64,000 nt of DNA from the human T2T-CHM13v2.0 reference genome, Homo sapiens, in the NCBI RefSeq assembly GCF_009914755.1, contig NC_060925.1; one strand, written 5' to 3'. Within the stretch, counting starts at the first letter, position 1; each line of letters begins with the position of its first letter. The position numbers and the translations under genes were made by a program. The notes below the pieces were generated by a model. It searched no databases. It saw nothing but the letters and a program-made list of their open reading frames with translations, and was not told where the DNA came from. Below, piece after piece: positions 40,230 to 53,311 of the stretch.

Positions 40230-40460
40230 AAGTAGTATAGATGCACGGAATCCTGAGAGTCTTCCTTAGAATAAAAAAGACTTAGGCTCAAGGCATCAGT
40301 CATGATCTGTGTAGCCTCAATAAGTTACTGAAAGTCTTTAGGTCACAGTTTTCCTCTGTTAAATGGGGTTAGTGATATCTGTATTGTGATGGTAGTATAA
40401 TTCTTGTAAAGCGCAATGAACAGCGTCTATCACATAAGGCAATACTAAATGGTAGATATG
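40230..40460 (+). mobile_element. MIR remnant
   Basis: TCTGTGTAGCCTCAATAAGTTACT...CAGTTTTCCTCTGTTAAATGGGG core. Confidence 0.7.
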
Positions 40461-42254
40461 CTTTTGAAATCACTAAATGGATTTAAGGCTGATGAATAGT
40501 ATGGTACAGAGGTGTATTTCCCTACATGCAGTTACAAAGCCTTTTGATATAAGTTTCACAGAATATATAAACAAGAAAATACTGGGCTTAAATAATTTTA
40601 AACTGCTATTCATAATTTAAAACAAATTCTCTTTTATATATTATTTGTGTTTAATTTTTAAAAGAGAAAGTATGTACAGTTTTTTTTCACCAACTTTTAT
40701 TATGAGACACTTATATTAATGTCAACCAGAACAGTGTCTATATAATTTTGAGAAATTCTGGTGTGCAGGAATGGATAGGAAGCCAATCTTGTGCAAAATT
40801 AGGCTGGTAATTTCAGCTCAGTGACATTTTACAAATCACTGATCATTGTAAAGTCTGATTTGTTTTGTTATCTAAAAATGAATATAATGCAACTATCTAA
40901 AGAGTTAAATAATACTTTATAGCATACAGAACCCAAAAGGTACTTAGTAAAAGTTAGTTCCAGTCACCATTTTTTTCTTTTATGTAACAAAGCTTCTTTT
41001 ATTTTGTCTCTTTGTCACGTAGAACAAAAAAAAAAAAAAAAGGGAATTGAAGAGCAAAATAATATCAAATGGGGGCAGTTGGTCTGTATGTTAAAAAATA
41101 TTGCTTTGGACTCTGGAAAATGATAAAAATATGCTCACAACTTACTTAAACATATTATTTTTATATTTTGACAAAAAGAATTATGCTATACACTATAATT
41201 TTAATGGAGCATTTAAAAGAGAAATGTTACTAAGTTTATATCTAAAATGCACATGTTCACATTTCTATTTTTGTTTGCTTTTCTTCCAAGAAGCTACATC
41301 CATTTGAGTAGCCGTCACCCCACATCTGTTAATCTTAGCACAAATTGCTATCTCTTATATGTGAGATTGCATTGCCAACATTTTAATAATTAAACTTGTC
41401 TTTCCCTCAGATAAACACCAGAAAAACCATAAGGTAGAATGGCACATTTCATAAGAAGTTTTAAAACTGTAAAGATAATCAGTCCCCCAACCTTAATTAA
41501 ATAGAATTAACCGAACTGTAGGCTGTCTGGCTTTGTTTGGGCTTTTCATTATGTATGGAGACTTAGCTATCATTCCCCCTTCAAGGAAGACCTTCATCTA
41601 TAATCATTTGGGATACAAGAATTTCTGTATCTGCTCCAAAGTCAATTCCCCTGCTGTCAACCCCCTGGCTTCAAAGCATTACTCATAGGCCCACCTCAGG
41701 CATCTCTGTACTCTCTTGAAAATCCAAGAAATCTGTCCTCCTAGGATAAATTGCAAAGATTGTCTCACTGGCCTCTGGCTTCAAAGTGGACAGGGGGTGA
41801 GAAATAAAGATTTCTCTCTTAAATGTTCAATTCTAAACTTATCAGTGTCTACTTCTTATTTCCTTCAAATTACCACTAATGTAAATATATTATGTGTAAA
41901 GTTGTCTAAAATTTTGAAAGAAATAGAAGGTTATTATATATTATATTATGAGAAAAAATAAATTTGAGTATTTTACAGATATTTTTCTTGGCATTCCATG
42001 CTCAGATATACATTCTCATTATGTTTCTGGAGTCAGTTTTCTTTGTCCAGGCCCTTCTCCAAATTTCAAGATAATCTCTCCTTAGATTTCTGGTAGGAAA
42101 TGTTCTCATTGTGTCTTATGCTGGAGAGACCAGAAACCTTGTTTCACTTCTTTGCCTCACTGAACCAGTTTAGAGAGATTGAGTTTTCATCATAAGAAGC
42201 TTATAAAGATGTTTTCCTAAGTAACAGATGATCAAATTCATATTATATGTCATA

Positions 42255-42420
42255 AAGGACAAGTTATTTAAATTCTCTAAGCTTCAATTTCTCAGATACA
42301 AAATAGGAATAATTACTCATCTCAAAAGTGGTGTTGAAAATTGAGTGAACTGATGCGTGTAAGGTCTTAGAATAGTCCACACTGTATAGTAAGCTGTTTA
42401 TCTTAGTCACTGTTGTTACT
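42255..42420 (+). mobile_element. MIR remnant
   Basis: GGACAAGTTATTTAAATTCTCTAAGCTTCAATTTCTCAGATACAAAATAGG core. Confidence 0.75.
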
Positions 42421-42434
42421 GGTGTTCACTCTGT

Positions 42435-43650
42435 CATTCATTCATTTGACAAATATATATTGAGTGCCAGCTCTGTGTCAGGTGCTCCTAAGAAAACTGG
42501 AGAATAAGAGGAAAAAGATTGAGGCCCTGACCCACAGGAGTCTAAAGCCTGGTGGGACAGAAATAAAAATAAAATAATATCAGGTAGTAGTATTACTTTG
42601 AAAGGATATGAAGGCAGATGCAGGGCTAAAATATGCCAAACAGCAGAGTCATTATGATAGTCAGGGAGAACCCATTGAAGAAGATGTCACTTGGGTAGAG
42701 ATCTGAATGATGAGGCAAAGTAGTTCCAGTGTAAAGTTCGATGTGAAAAGTGTTTCAGGCATAAGGGACTGTAGGGATGAACATTCTGAAGCTTGAACAA
42801 ACTTGGCTTGTCTCAGGAACAACAAAAAAGGTTCACGTGCCTAGAGCAGAATAAGCAATGGATGATCAGAGATGAGGTCATAGAGCAGCTATCAAAAGTG
42901 GTAGTGATAAATATTCATTTTTTTCAATGTCATGGAATGACTGGAGGGTTTTTAATATGGAGTTATTGAACTCAGATTTTCAGAATATCTCTGGCAGTTA
43001 TGAACAGAATAAATTTACTTTGGGGTATTGTGGTATAGAAGTAGGTTTGTGAATTGGGTTAATTCTAGTTTCTCGGGGAAATAAGATGGTAGGTAATCCA
43101 TTGAAAGTGAGAAGAATTAGTTGAATATTTAAGTACAGAATAAAAATGTTGAAATAATTATCTTAAATACAACTCACTGGAGATACATGTTAAGTATTCT
43201 GTATATCTTTAAGGGCCTGGTCAGAATGGTTATGAAGTTTTCTCCAGCCATGCTTACCTACACCATGGGTTTCAGAACAATGTAGACTCAGAGGAAGTAA
43301 AGAGTAAGGTTTTTTTCCAGGTGTTTATAAGTGAGAGAGGTAAGGTAAATTAACTTAAGGGTGAATGCAATCAAATTATAATAATGTTGGGCTTTGGTAA
43401 TGAGAAAAGAGGCCTCATGAGAAAGAAGCAACAATAATTTGATGAGGTCAGTGGATTTAAAAGTGCTGATTGAAGTAAAATAATTATTGGAGAAACATTA
43501 TTAGATTATGTCTGCTGAAAAGTTTGGAGGTGGTGGTCAACAAATGAGATGCTGAAACTGGGATTTTAAAAAAAATGTGACACAATTATTAGAAATAACA
43601 AAACTTAGGAAATGAAAAAGTTAATGGAAATCCATGGAGGAGTGTTATCC
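42435..43650 (-). mobile_element. L2 remnant
   Basis: TCATTCATTCATTTGACAAATATATATTGAGTGCC is the antisense L2 3' end, followed by a purine-rich L2-like body. Right boundary uncertain. Confidence 0.75.
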
Positions 43651-43864
43651 ACAGAAGTGCAGAAAGCAGTACTAAAGCAAATGGCTTCAATTGCAGTCAT
43701 TTAAAATTACATCTCCTCACTTCTCTTCTTCACTATTATCTCAAAGATAAATGTTATACTAAAGACACAAGTTTAGAAGATGCACTTTTAGAGATGAGTG
43801 AAATTTTAGATGTTTTCTAGTTCAATCCTTTACTATACACACAAAAAATCTGAAATTTAGAAGT

Positions 43865-44300
43865 TGTGGGTAGAGTGGTGCCCAATTATTGTTCTCCACA
43901 TTTTCCCTTAACAGAACCGTACAGTAGTCTTTAGTAACAATATCTGTGGGCTGAAGCGCTCAGGTTTCCAGCTGCCCTACTAAGTAGGGTAGCAATGTGA
44001 GGCATTTCTAGCCTGTAATATACAAGTAGAAATAGCAGAATGAGAAATCTGTTAAAAAGCATAGACCCAGCAGGCATGTATCCTTTGGCTTTTTTCATTT
44101 ATTTCTTTTCTCTGCCTAGAATTCAGAATAAAATATTTAATTTTTTAACTAATAGGATTAAATCCATATACTAAGGAGATCAGAGCATAAAGATGGAAGG
44201 CATCTGAATTCCTGATGGGTTTTAAAGAATATGTGCACCAACTCTTCCTCTAGATTTCTTATTATATATGGAAAGTATAACCTGTGAGGTGGTTAGCAAG
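43865..44300 (+). mobile_element. Old MaLR/ERVL LTR remnant (MLT1J-like)
   Basis: GAGCATAAAGATGGAAGGCATCTGAATTCCTGATG and CTCTAGATTTCTTATTA resemble old MLT1 LTRs. Confidence 0.5.
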
Positions 44301-44940
44301 GGAGAGGAAATATACATTCTCCCCACAAAGGTTAAATTATTCTCTTAGTATAGTTGTGTTCTTTTCTATCTTTTGGTTATGAATTAGTCAGCTCTACTGT
44401 CAGTTAATTTATCTTCTATGGGAGTTTTTTTTTTTTTTTTAAAGCTCACACAAAAAAGAAACAGCTTACAACTTTCTAAATGTTAAATGTTTTCTCCCAT
44501 TTGCTCTGAGTCACAAAACAGCAAGCAGTAGCGTAACCAAATCTTGTGCCGTAGCGTAAAATGAGATTCTACCTTTTTGACTTATAGTAAGTAGGTCTTT
44601 CCTGCCTAAATTTTCTTTCTCTACATAGATCATTTTAAATTTTAAGTTGTTAACTACATGCAGCACACTACTAACAGGCTCTGAATTCATTAACAGGAAT
44701 AAAATAAGCTGCCTCTTACAAAATCACTAGAGTTACTTAAATAAGTAGATTAGTTTTTCTTATGTATCAAGAAGTCTTGGTACAGATTAAAGCAAAATAA
44801 ATCTGATTTTACCTACTCATTCACAGCAAATAATAATAGGAATTACATGAGGAAATCATTCAAGGCAGTTCATAAAGTAAGTTTGCTTCTTTAAGGCTAA
44901 CAGGATAACCTGTTGCTCTGGTCTACCAAAATGAAGTTTT

Positions 44941-45247
44941 TTTTTCTTTTTTTTTTTTTTCTTTTTTGAAACGGAGTCTCGCTCTGTCGCCCAGGCTGGA
45001 GTGCAATGCTGCGATCTCGGCTCACTGAAGCTCGGCCTCCCGGGTTCATGCCATTCTCCTGCCTCAGCCTCCAGAGTAGCTGGGACTACAGGGGCCTGCC
45101 ACCATGCCCGGCTAATTGTTTTGTATTTTTAGTAGAGATTGGTTTCACCGTGTTAGCCAGGATGTTCTCGATCTCCTGACCTCGTGATCCACCCGCCTCG
45201 GCCTCCCAAAGCGCTGGGATTACAGGCGTGAGCCACCATGCCTGGCC
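44941..45247 (-). mobile_element. AluY
   Basis: Y diagnostics present. TSD AA(A/G)ATGAAGTTTT on both sides. Confidence 0.94.
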
Positions 45248-45771
45248 TAAGATGAAGTTTTAAGTGAGGTAGTATAATCACGGGAGTGACAAGAGTTAAA
45301 TAAACTCTCCTGTATAACATACAGTAAAGTAGTTATATATTAGGTTATATATAACATAGCCTAATCAAGGGAATGACATTCCACCGTCTTCATTTTATTG
45401 GCCAGAAGCGAGTTGCTGGTTCCATTGACAGCCAAGGGCATGGCTTACTGCCTGCCCTTGACTCAGGTCACTTTGCTGTGTGTCTGTCACACCATATATG
45501 CTATTTTAAGAATCAAAAATTATACTGGATTTCAATCACTCTCAGAAGACCGGATTGAAACAACAGAATCTGCATTTGTAATTTATATTTCTTTAAATAT
45601 TTAATTCCTAAAGCAATTAACTTGTGATTTCTGTGCTGAGGTGTGTTCAATGTTACTCTTAGATATATTTTTAAAACTTTAATTTTGTATTAGTTCATTT
45701 AAAAATATATATCTACATTCTACTTATAAGAATGCAGCATATTATATTTTTAATATTAAAAACGAATTTTT

Positions 45772-45863
45772 GTGCAGCTAACCACCATGGCACGTGTCTA
45801 CCTATGTAACAAACCTGCATGTTCAGCACATGTATCCCAGAACTTAAAGTAAAATAAAATAAA
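45772..45863 (+). mobile_element. Short L1PA7/8-like 3' end
   Basis: ACCACCATGGCACGTGTCTACCTATGTAACAAACCTGCATGTTCAGCACATGTATCCCAGAACTTAAAGTAAAAT. Confidence 0.9.
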
Positions 45864-47365
45864 CAGGAATTTTATGTAATTTGGTAACCAAAGCAAAACA
45901 CTGTACATGGATCTACTTCCTTTCCCATATGAAATCACTTGAAATGGAAGTAAAAATTTGCAGAAAAAAACTTATGATGATACTGGCTAATAAAGAAATT
46001 CCCTGAAGATAATAAAACAAATTGATTTAAATTAACAGAGAAACCAGAACAAACAAAACTATAGTGCTGGACACAAGTGGAAAGTATATTACCTTCATTA
46101 AAATTATCTTCCTGACATGCAGTGAGGAAATTGTGTTTCCAAAGAAGCTTCCAAACTCACATGATATATGTGTAACATCAACTAATACAAAGAATACTGT
46201 GGAAGTGCAACCCCTTTTGGTAGGCCATCTCACACATACTAAGACTTAGCAGCAGATTCCTCTTCCCAATCCCCTCCCATTTCCAATCCACAGGCTAACT
46301 CTTCATATTTGCTTTGCAAATAAAACTGGAAGATTTCTCAGGAAATTTGAATGACAGCCCTAGAGAGAGACAGAGCAGAGCCTGATGCAATACTGGACCT
46401 CAAGGACACCAAGAAAAACAAATAAACACACAAAAGAAAAAACTTCAGTATTTTCATAGTGAGAATAAATGTGCTTTAAGACATTTCTCTGAGGGCTGGG
46501 AAGGAGGAGAGAGCTCCTGGTAACTAATGGTTGCTGGAAAGAGCTGGCAGCTTCCCTCAATGGAACAACTAACCTGGCTTCACTTCTAGAACATTACCTG
46601 CAATCTTAAGAGTGGACTACTGTATTCGGAAATTTCCTCCTTTGGAAATTATCACTTGAGTTGCACGTTTTACTCTCAGGGATTTACACAAATTCTGACT
46701 CATGAGAGAGATCCCAAAATATTCACCAACATTTAAATATTTAAGGAAAATCAGTAACCATAAATTGAAAAAAAAACCCATAAATTTTAAAAAAGAACAA
46801 TTACCACTAAAGAAACAATGCAGAATCAGAACACTATTTAAAAAAAAAAAAACAGTTTATAAAATAATAATTTTGCTAAAAGAAAATAATAAAAATTTCT
46901 GATGTCTATAATCAAAAACTTTCAAACTCAAAACTAAAACTTTTAAGGAATGAAGTGTCATATCTAAATAGAACAAGTAACAAGATAGAAAAATAAACAT
47001 GTATAACATGAAATTGGTAGCAAAAAGAAGGGGGGTCATAATTATAATACTTATAATAAACACTGAAGATGAATCTATTAAGTGAGTGCAACACATACCT
47101 TTTATATTTACAAAAGTGAAGTCCACCATGAACACAACAGTTGAGCATACTGAGGCATTAAAAACTTTCACTTAAATATTTAAGTCAGAACTTACAGAAA
47201 TATATTAAAAATGAATTTACTTCATAAAACTTTCATAAATCAACAGAAAATAATTAAGATATAAGCAAGAATACAGATAATTAGGATAACATAATCAATA
47301 CTTAGTATACTAGAAATAGATATAATATTGGTTAAAATCAAGTTTAATTATTTTCAAATATGTGT

Positions 47366-47805
47366 TATATTTGTCAGGGTTCTCTAGAGATACAGAACTA
47401 ATAAAATATATATATCAGAGTCTATTAAAGAGTATTAATCCACATGATCACAAAGTCCCATAATAGGCCATCTACAAGCTATGGAGCAAGGGAGCCAGTC
47501 TGAATCCCAAAGCTGAAGAACTTAAAGTCCGATGTTCGAGGGCAGGAAGCATCCAGTATTGGAGAAAGATGTAGGCTGGGAGGCTAGGCCAGTCTATTCT
47601 TTTAACGTTCTTCCGCCTGCTTTTTATTCTGGCCACACTGGCAGCTGATTAGATTATGCCCATTCAGATTAAAGGTGGGTCTGCCTTTCTCAGCCCATTG
47701 ACTCAAATGTTAATCTCCTTTGGTAACACCTTCACAGACACACCCAGGATCAATACTTTGCACCCTTCAATCTAATCAAGTTGACACTCGGTATTAACCA
47801 TCACG
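47366..47805 (-). repeat. 3' LTR (MLT2A-type)
   Basis: GTCAGGGTTCTCTAGAG...CAAGTTGACACTCGGTATTAACCATCAC. Colinear with 53312-53750. Confidence 0.95.
47646..47656 (-). promoter_or_regulatory. DUX4 consensus motif TAATCTAATCA in the 3' LTR
   Basis: Plus strand reads TGATTAGATTA. Motif only. Confidence 0.6.
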
Positions 47806-47818
47806 AGTCCACCCCATG
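47806..47818 (-). other. Polypurine tract of HERV-L
   Basis: Minus strand ATGGGGTGGACT lies immediately before the 3' LTR. Confidence 0.7.
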
Positions 47819-48269
47819 TCACCTTGACCCATACACATCTCCTGAGATCATACATAATCTTCAAATAAAGACAATAATAAGGTGATCATTATGCCTGACA
47901 CAATACAACAATTCTTCATACAACCGGAAATGCACCAATCCCCCATCCAAATGCTATTACATAAAGTTAACAGCACTTAAATGCTGAGATGAAGTCAACA
48001 AATCTTATGTCACATAGTGAAGGAAAAAGGAAATAAAATGAGGGTATTGTCTTAGTACAAGTGTATACATGCACAAACATGTTTTTAACAAAAGAAAACT
48101 ACCTTTTTCTACTACCCATTCTGTATTCCCTTTGCCTTCAAGCACCTCAGCAGGTTGTGGTTTTCTTCCTGGTGGAGTGACACAAACCTTCCTTCACGAA
48201 GGGTCTAGGACCTTTGTTGTCTTGCCTGGATAGAGCTGTTGTTGAGTTTCCCACTGACCTTAATCACAG

Positions 48270-48560
48270 GGCATGGTTATACTAAGAGATGTGCCAAGGG
48301 ATCTCCTGTATTCCATGCATAATCTTCCTTACCTCTGTTGTGGAGTAGTAGGGTGATTTCATCTTGATAGTCCAGGTCAGTCACCTCAGCCAACACTGTA
48401 ATTCCCTTCATAGCCCATTGGCCTAAAGGTAGGAGGAGCCCAAAGTGTCCAGGTGGCAATCTTAACTTCCAGTTAAAAGGAATCGTTGTTGCGTCTCCTG
48501 GGGGCAGCGTTTCTCCCTCTAAGACTAAGACCTCTAGGCTAGCAGAACATGATGTCGTGG
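48270..48560 (-). pseudogene. dut: ERV-L dUTPase remnant
   Basis: ORF 48277-48459 PPGHFGLLLP...GITVLAEVTDLDYQDEITLLLHN resembles dUTPase motifs 2-3 and lies downstream of integrase, as in ERV-L. Confidence 0.85.
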
Positions 48561-51460
48561 GATAGGAAGCAACAATTTTGCTAGTGGGTCATTACTGGTG
48601 ATGGTAAATGGTGCCATTTATATTTCCACCCCTTGATTCCTGGACCTGTGAATCCTGGCTATGGGAGAAACTGTACCATATATTGGATGCTGATTCAGTG
48701 CATACACAGCCTTCTGGAGAACTTTGCCCTAGTCATGCAAAGTATTGTCACCTAGCTGGCATTGTAATTGTGACTTCAAAAGGCCATTCCACCATTCAAT
48801 ATATCCAGCTGCTTCAGGATGATGAAGAACATGCTAAGACCAGTGAATTCCATGAGCATGAGCCCACTGCTTCAGTTCTTTAGCCATAAAGTGAGTGCCT
48901 TGATCAGAGGCAATGCTTTGTGGAATACTGTGACGGTAGATAAGGCATTGCGTGGGCCCATGGATGGCAGTCTTGGCAGAAGCATTGCATGCAGGATAGG
49001 CAAACCCATATCCAGAGTAAGGATATATTCCAGTGAGAACAAACCTCTGCCCTTTCCATGATGGAAGAAATCCAATATAATCAACCTGCCACCAACTAGC
49101 TAGCTGATCATCCCGAGGAATGGTGCCATATCGAGGGCTCAGTGTTGGTAGCTGCTGCTGGCCAATTGGGCACTCAGCAGTGGCTGTAGCCAGGTTAGCC
49201 TTGGTGAGTGGAAGTCCATTTCATTGAGCCTATGCGTAACCTCCATCCCTGACATCATGTCTGCTTTGTTCATGGGCCCATTGGATGATGACAGAGGTTG
49301 GGGAAAGAGCCTAAGTGGTGTCCACAAAACAAGTCATCCTATCCATTGATTATTATAATTATCCTCTGCTGAGGTCACCCTTTGGTGAGCACTCACATGG
49401 GATACAAATATCTTCAGTTTTGACCACTTAGAGAAGTCCATCCACACACCTCTTCCCCAAACTTCTTTGTCACCAATTTTCTGATCATGCCTCTTCCAAG
49501 TCCCTGACCATCCAGCCAAACCACTGGCTACAGCCCATAAATCAGTATATAATCACATATCTGGTCATTTCTCCTTCCGTGCAAAATGCACAACCAGTGC
49601 ACTCCTCAAGGTTCTGCTCACTGGGAAGATTACCCTTCACTGTTGTCACTCAGGGGTGTCCTAGAAAGGGGCTATAGTGCTGCAGCTGTCCACTTTTGGG
49701 TGCTGCTGGCATATCGTCCAGAACCATCTGTGAACCAGGACCTAGTCTTCTCTTCCTCTGTCAACTAATCATAGGGATCTCCCCATGAGCCCATAGATAC
49801 AGGCTGGGAAAGAGGAGGCAGGGTGGCAGGAGTGGAGACCATGGGCATTTGAGCCACTTCCTCATGTAACTCACTTGTGCCTTCAGGATCTGCTCAAGCC
49901 TGATCACGTATATGCCACTTCCATTTGATGATGGAATGCTGCTGTGCATGACACACTGTATGGCTAGATGGGTTAGAAAGTGCCCAGTTCATGATAAGCA
50001 GTTCAGGTCACATGGTGATTTGATGACCCATAGTCAAACGTTCATTTTCCACCAAACCCCATTAACAGGCCAAGAGCTGTCTCTCAGAAGGAGAATAGTT
50101 ATCTGCAGAAGATGGCAGGGCCTTGCTCCAAAATCCTAGAGGCCTCCACTGTGATTCACCTATGAGGTCCTGCTAGAGGCTCCAAACAACACCTTATCTG
50201 CCACTGACACATCAAGCACCATTAGATCTGCTGGATCATATGGCCCAAGTGGCAGAGCACTTTGCACAGCAACCTGGACCTGTTGTGGAGCCTTCTGCTG
50301 TCTGGAACCCAGTCAAAACTGAAAGCCTTTTGGGTCACTCAATAAATGGGCCATAGTAACAGACCCAAATAAGGAATGTGTTGCCTTCAAAATCTAAATA
50401 GTCCCACTAGGCTCTGTGTTTCTTTCTTGGTTGTAGGAGGGGCCACACACAGCAACTTATCCTTCACCTTGGAAGAAATGCTCGACAGGCCTCACACCAC
50501 TGGACCCCTAAAAATTCTACTGTGGTAAAATGTCCCTGAATTTTATTTGAATTTATTTCCCATTCTCTGACATGCAAATGTCTCACCAATAAGTCCGGTG
50601 TGTTTGTTACTTCTTCCTCACTGGATCCAATCAGCATAATGTGATCAATGTAATGGACCAGTGTGATACCTTGTTGAAGCAAAAAGGGATCAAGGCCTCT
50701 TGGAACAAGATTATGGCACAAATCATAAGTTAATATACCCCTGAGGTAGGACAGTAAAGGTATATTGCTGGCCTTGCCAGCTGAAGGCAAATTGCTTCTG
50801 GTGGGCCTTATGAACAGAAATGAAGAAAAAGGAATTTGCCAAATCAATGGCTGCATACCAGGTACCAGGTGATGTGTTAATTTTCTCAAGCAATGAAACC
50901 AGATCTGGTACAGATCTGTCATTCTTCAAGATCCATCTGTCTTCTGCACAGGTCAAATAGGAAAGTTTAATGGGTATGTGGTGGCAGTCACCACCCCTGC
51001 ATCTTTCAAGTCTTTATGGTGGCACTAATCTCCACAATCCCTCCAGCGATGCGATATTGTTTTTCATTTACTATTTTTCTAGGTAGAGGCAGCTCTAATG
51101 GTTTCCATTTGTTCTTTCCCACCATAATAGCCCTCACCCTACCAATCAGGGAGCCAATGTGGGGGTTCTGCCAGCTGCTAAATATGCCTATGCCAATCAT
51201 GTATTCTGGCACTGGGGGAATAACCACAGGATGAGTCCGGGGACCTATTGGACCCACTGTAAGTCAGACCTGAGCTGAAACTCCATAAATTACCTGACCT
51301 CCATAAGCCCCTACTGTAACTGGAGAACCACAATGATGTTTTAGATCCCCTTGAATCAATGTCAGCTCAGAGCCAATGTCCAGTAGTCCCCAAAATATCT
51401 GATCATTTCCCTTGTCCCAATATACCATTACCCTGGTAAAAGGCTGGAGGTCTCCTTGAG
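48561..51460 (-). pseudogene. pol: ERV-L pro-pol remnant (protease, RT, RNase H, integrase), multiply frameshifted
   Basis: Protease LLDIGSEL (~51360-51386). RT AIDLANSFF...FTVLPQGY and LVHYIDHIML. RNase H IFVSHVSAH. Integrase LTLDMGLP region. Confidence 0.92.
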
Positions 51461-51499
51461 GAAGAATGGGAAAAACAGTAACAGCATAAAGTGTCTATA

Positions 51500-53240
51500 G
51501 TGTAGTGGGGTCCATTCTCAAGGGAATCCAGCCTCCCCTTTATTCAAGGAGTTGTGTGTCTGTAAACTGGCTCAAGTCTGGAAATTGATTGAAGGGCTGT
51601 AATTCTCTGTTTTTAGAATTCAGATTAGTCTCTTTTCCACTTGACCTGGCAGGTTTCTGCTTATATAGACTAAGTAGGAATGCAGTAGGCTTCCTCTTGA
51701 TTTCACTTCTAGGAACACTGTGATTAATTAGCCAGTGCAAGAGCTCTGCATGAGTCTGATTATTCTGATTGCTACTTTGCCATTGCTGTCCATTACAGTA
51801 GCTACACCCACCTTGCCTTTGATGGTTGAGTGCTGCCACTTGGACTCTGCCACATTGGGATACAATTATTCCCATGGCATTTAAATTCTGTAGTTGAGTG
51901 ACTGCAGCTCCCACTATTAAATCTGACATACAGAGAAGAGCAATTACAGGGCTCTTCAAAGATGCAGTTGCTGCCCTCAGAAATCTATTTCATAACGCAT
52001 TGGTCAAGGGTATATCTTCTGGACCCTCCCAGCTTGTATGAGCAGGTCTAAAGTGATTAATCCACTCCACTATCCCAATCTCCCTAAGCGTTTAGATCCC
52101 TTCCTCTACATTAAACCAAGAGAGATCAGGCATTTCCAGCTCACTCACAGTGGGCCATCTTTTAACTAATATTTCAGCTAACCAAGCAAATAAACAATTA
52201 GCACCTTTTTTAACTCCCTGAGCTGCAACATTAAATGCAGAATCCCTACTTAGTGGGTCCAAATCAATTAATTCAGCCTGATCTGACTCTATGTTTCTTC
52301 CACCATCTTCCCACACCATTAATATCCATTCCCAGGCTTGTTCTCTAGATTTCTGCTTATATAAATTAGAAAATTCAAGCAGTTCTTTTCAAGTGTAGCA
52401 CACCTCATCATGGGTCACACTCTCAACCTCATCTCTATGGGCCCACTGGGACTTTAGTTATAGCTCTAGACGTGAACAGGGATGTTGGGGATGGCTTCTG
52501 AGGAGCATCAACATTATCTTGCCTGGCAATTGCCTCAGGGGAGGCCATCACTGTTGCCTCAGGCAGCGTAGGGTTTATCTTCTCAGACAAATGTGGAAAG
52601 GGGGACAGCAGCATGGGTCAAGGAGGGAATGTTGCCACTATTGGAGATGGGAAAGCTATTTTTTCTGGCAAAATGTTCATCAGAGTTTACAAGTCCAGCT
52701 TCATCAGGTTCCTCCCAAATGTCCCCATTCTAAGTTTCGGGGTTCCATCCTTTTCCAATCAGTGCCCTCACTTTAACAGTAGACACCTGGTGAGGCTGTG
52801 CATGCACCTTTCATTTCAGGTCAGCCGCTTGAATGATAAGAGCTTGTGTCTCATTGTCCACATTTTCAGCTCTTTCTCTACAGGCAATAAGACTCTCACT
52901 CAGGGCAATCTTAGCAGATTTGATGCTTAGTATCTGCTTCCAAGGCTGGGAGTTGGAACCCCTGAGTTCATAATTTTCTTTCATTACTTTGTCCAGAGAA
53001 CTTAGAAGGAACAAACCAACTTCATTATTTTCCTTTGTTCTCCACATATAGTCAAAGGCATTATGTATAGTGTCACTAAACTCCTTACCTCTCAGGAATA
53101 GTGAATAAGAAGTGTCACATGCACTTATTTTGCATAACTCTCTAAACAGGTTATGCCAAGGACTATCAGTGTTCTCCATTCTATTAGAAGTAGAGTCCTT
53201 AGCATTTGAGGTCTAATCATAATAAGCAGCCTACTCCAGA
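51500..53240 (-). pseudogene. gag: ERV-L gag remnant
   Basis: ORFs 52811-53179 (MENTDSPWHNLF), 52092-52319 (VWEDGGRNI...KRWPTVSELEMP) and 51540-51959 (QVAALNHQRQGG). Confidence 0.9.
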
Positions 53241-53288
53241 AATTCCCAAATCAATGAAGAACTCCATCCTTAATATTCTGTTCCTCTA

Positions 53289-53306
53289 GAACCACTCTTG
53301 GTACCA
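53289..53306 (-). other. Primer-binding site (tRNA-Leu type)
   Basis: Minus strand TGGTACCAAGAGTGGTTC lies just after the 5' LTR. It is largely complementary to the tRNA-Leu(TAA) 3' end CCACTCCTGGTACCA. Confidence 0.85.
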
Positions 53307-53311
53307 AAATA

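Noticed and set aside
46027-46249. Overlapping 61-68-aa ORFs on both strands
   Set aside because: Non-ATG starts, no recognisable homology and no clear splice boundaries.
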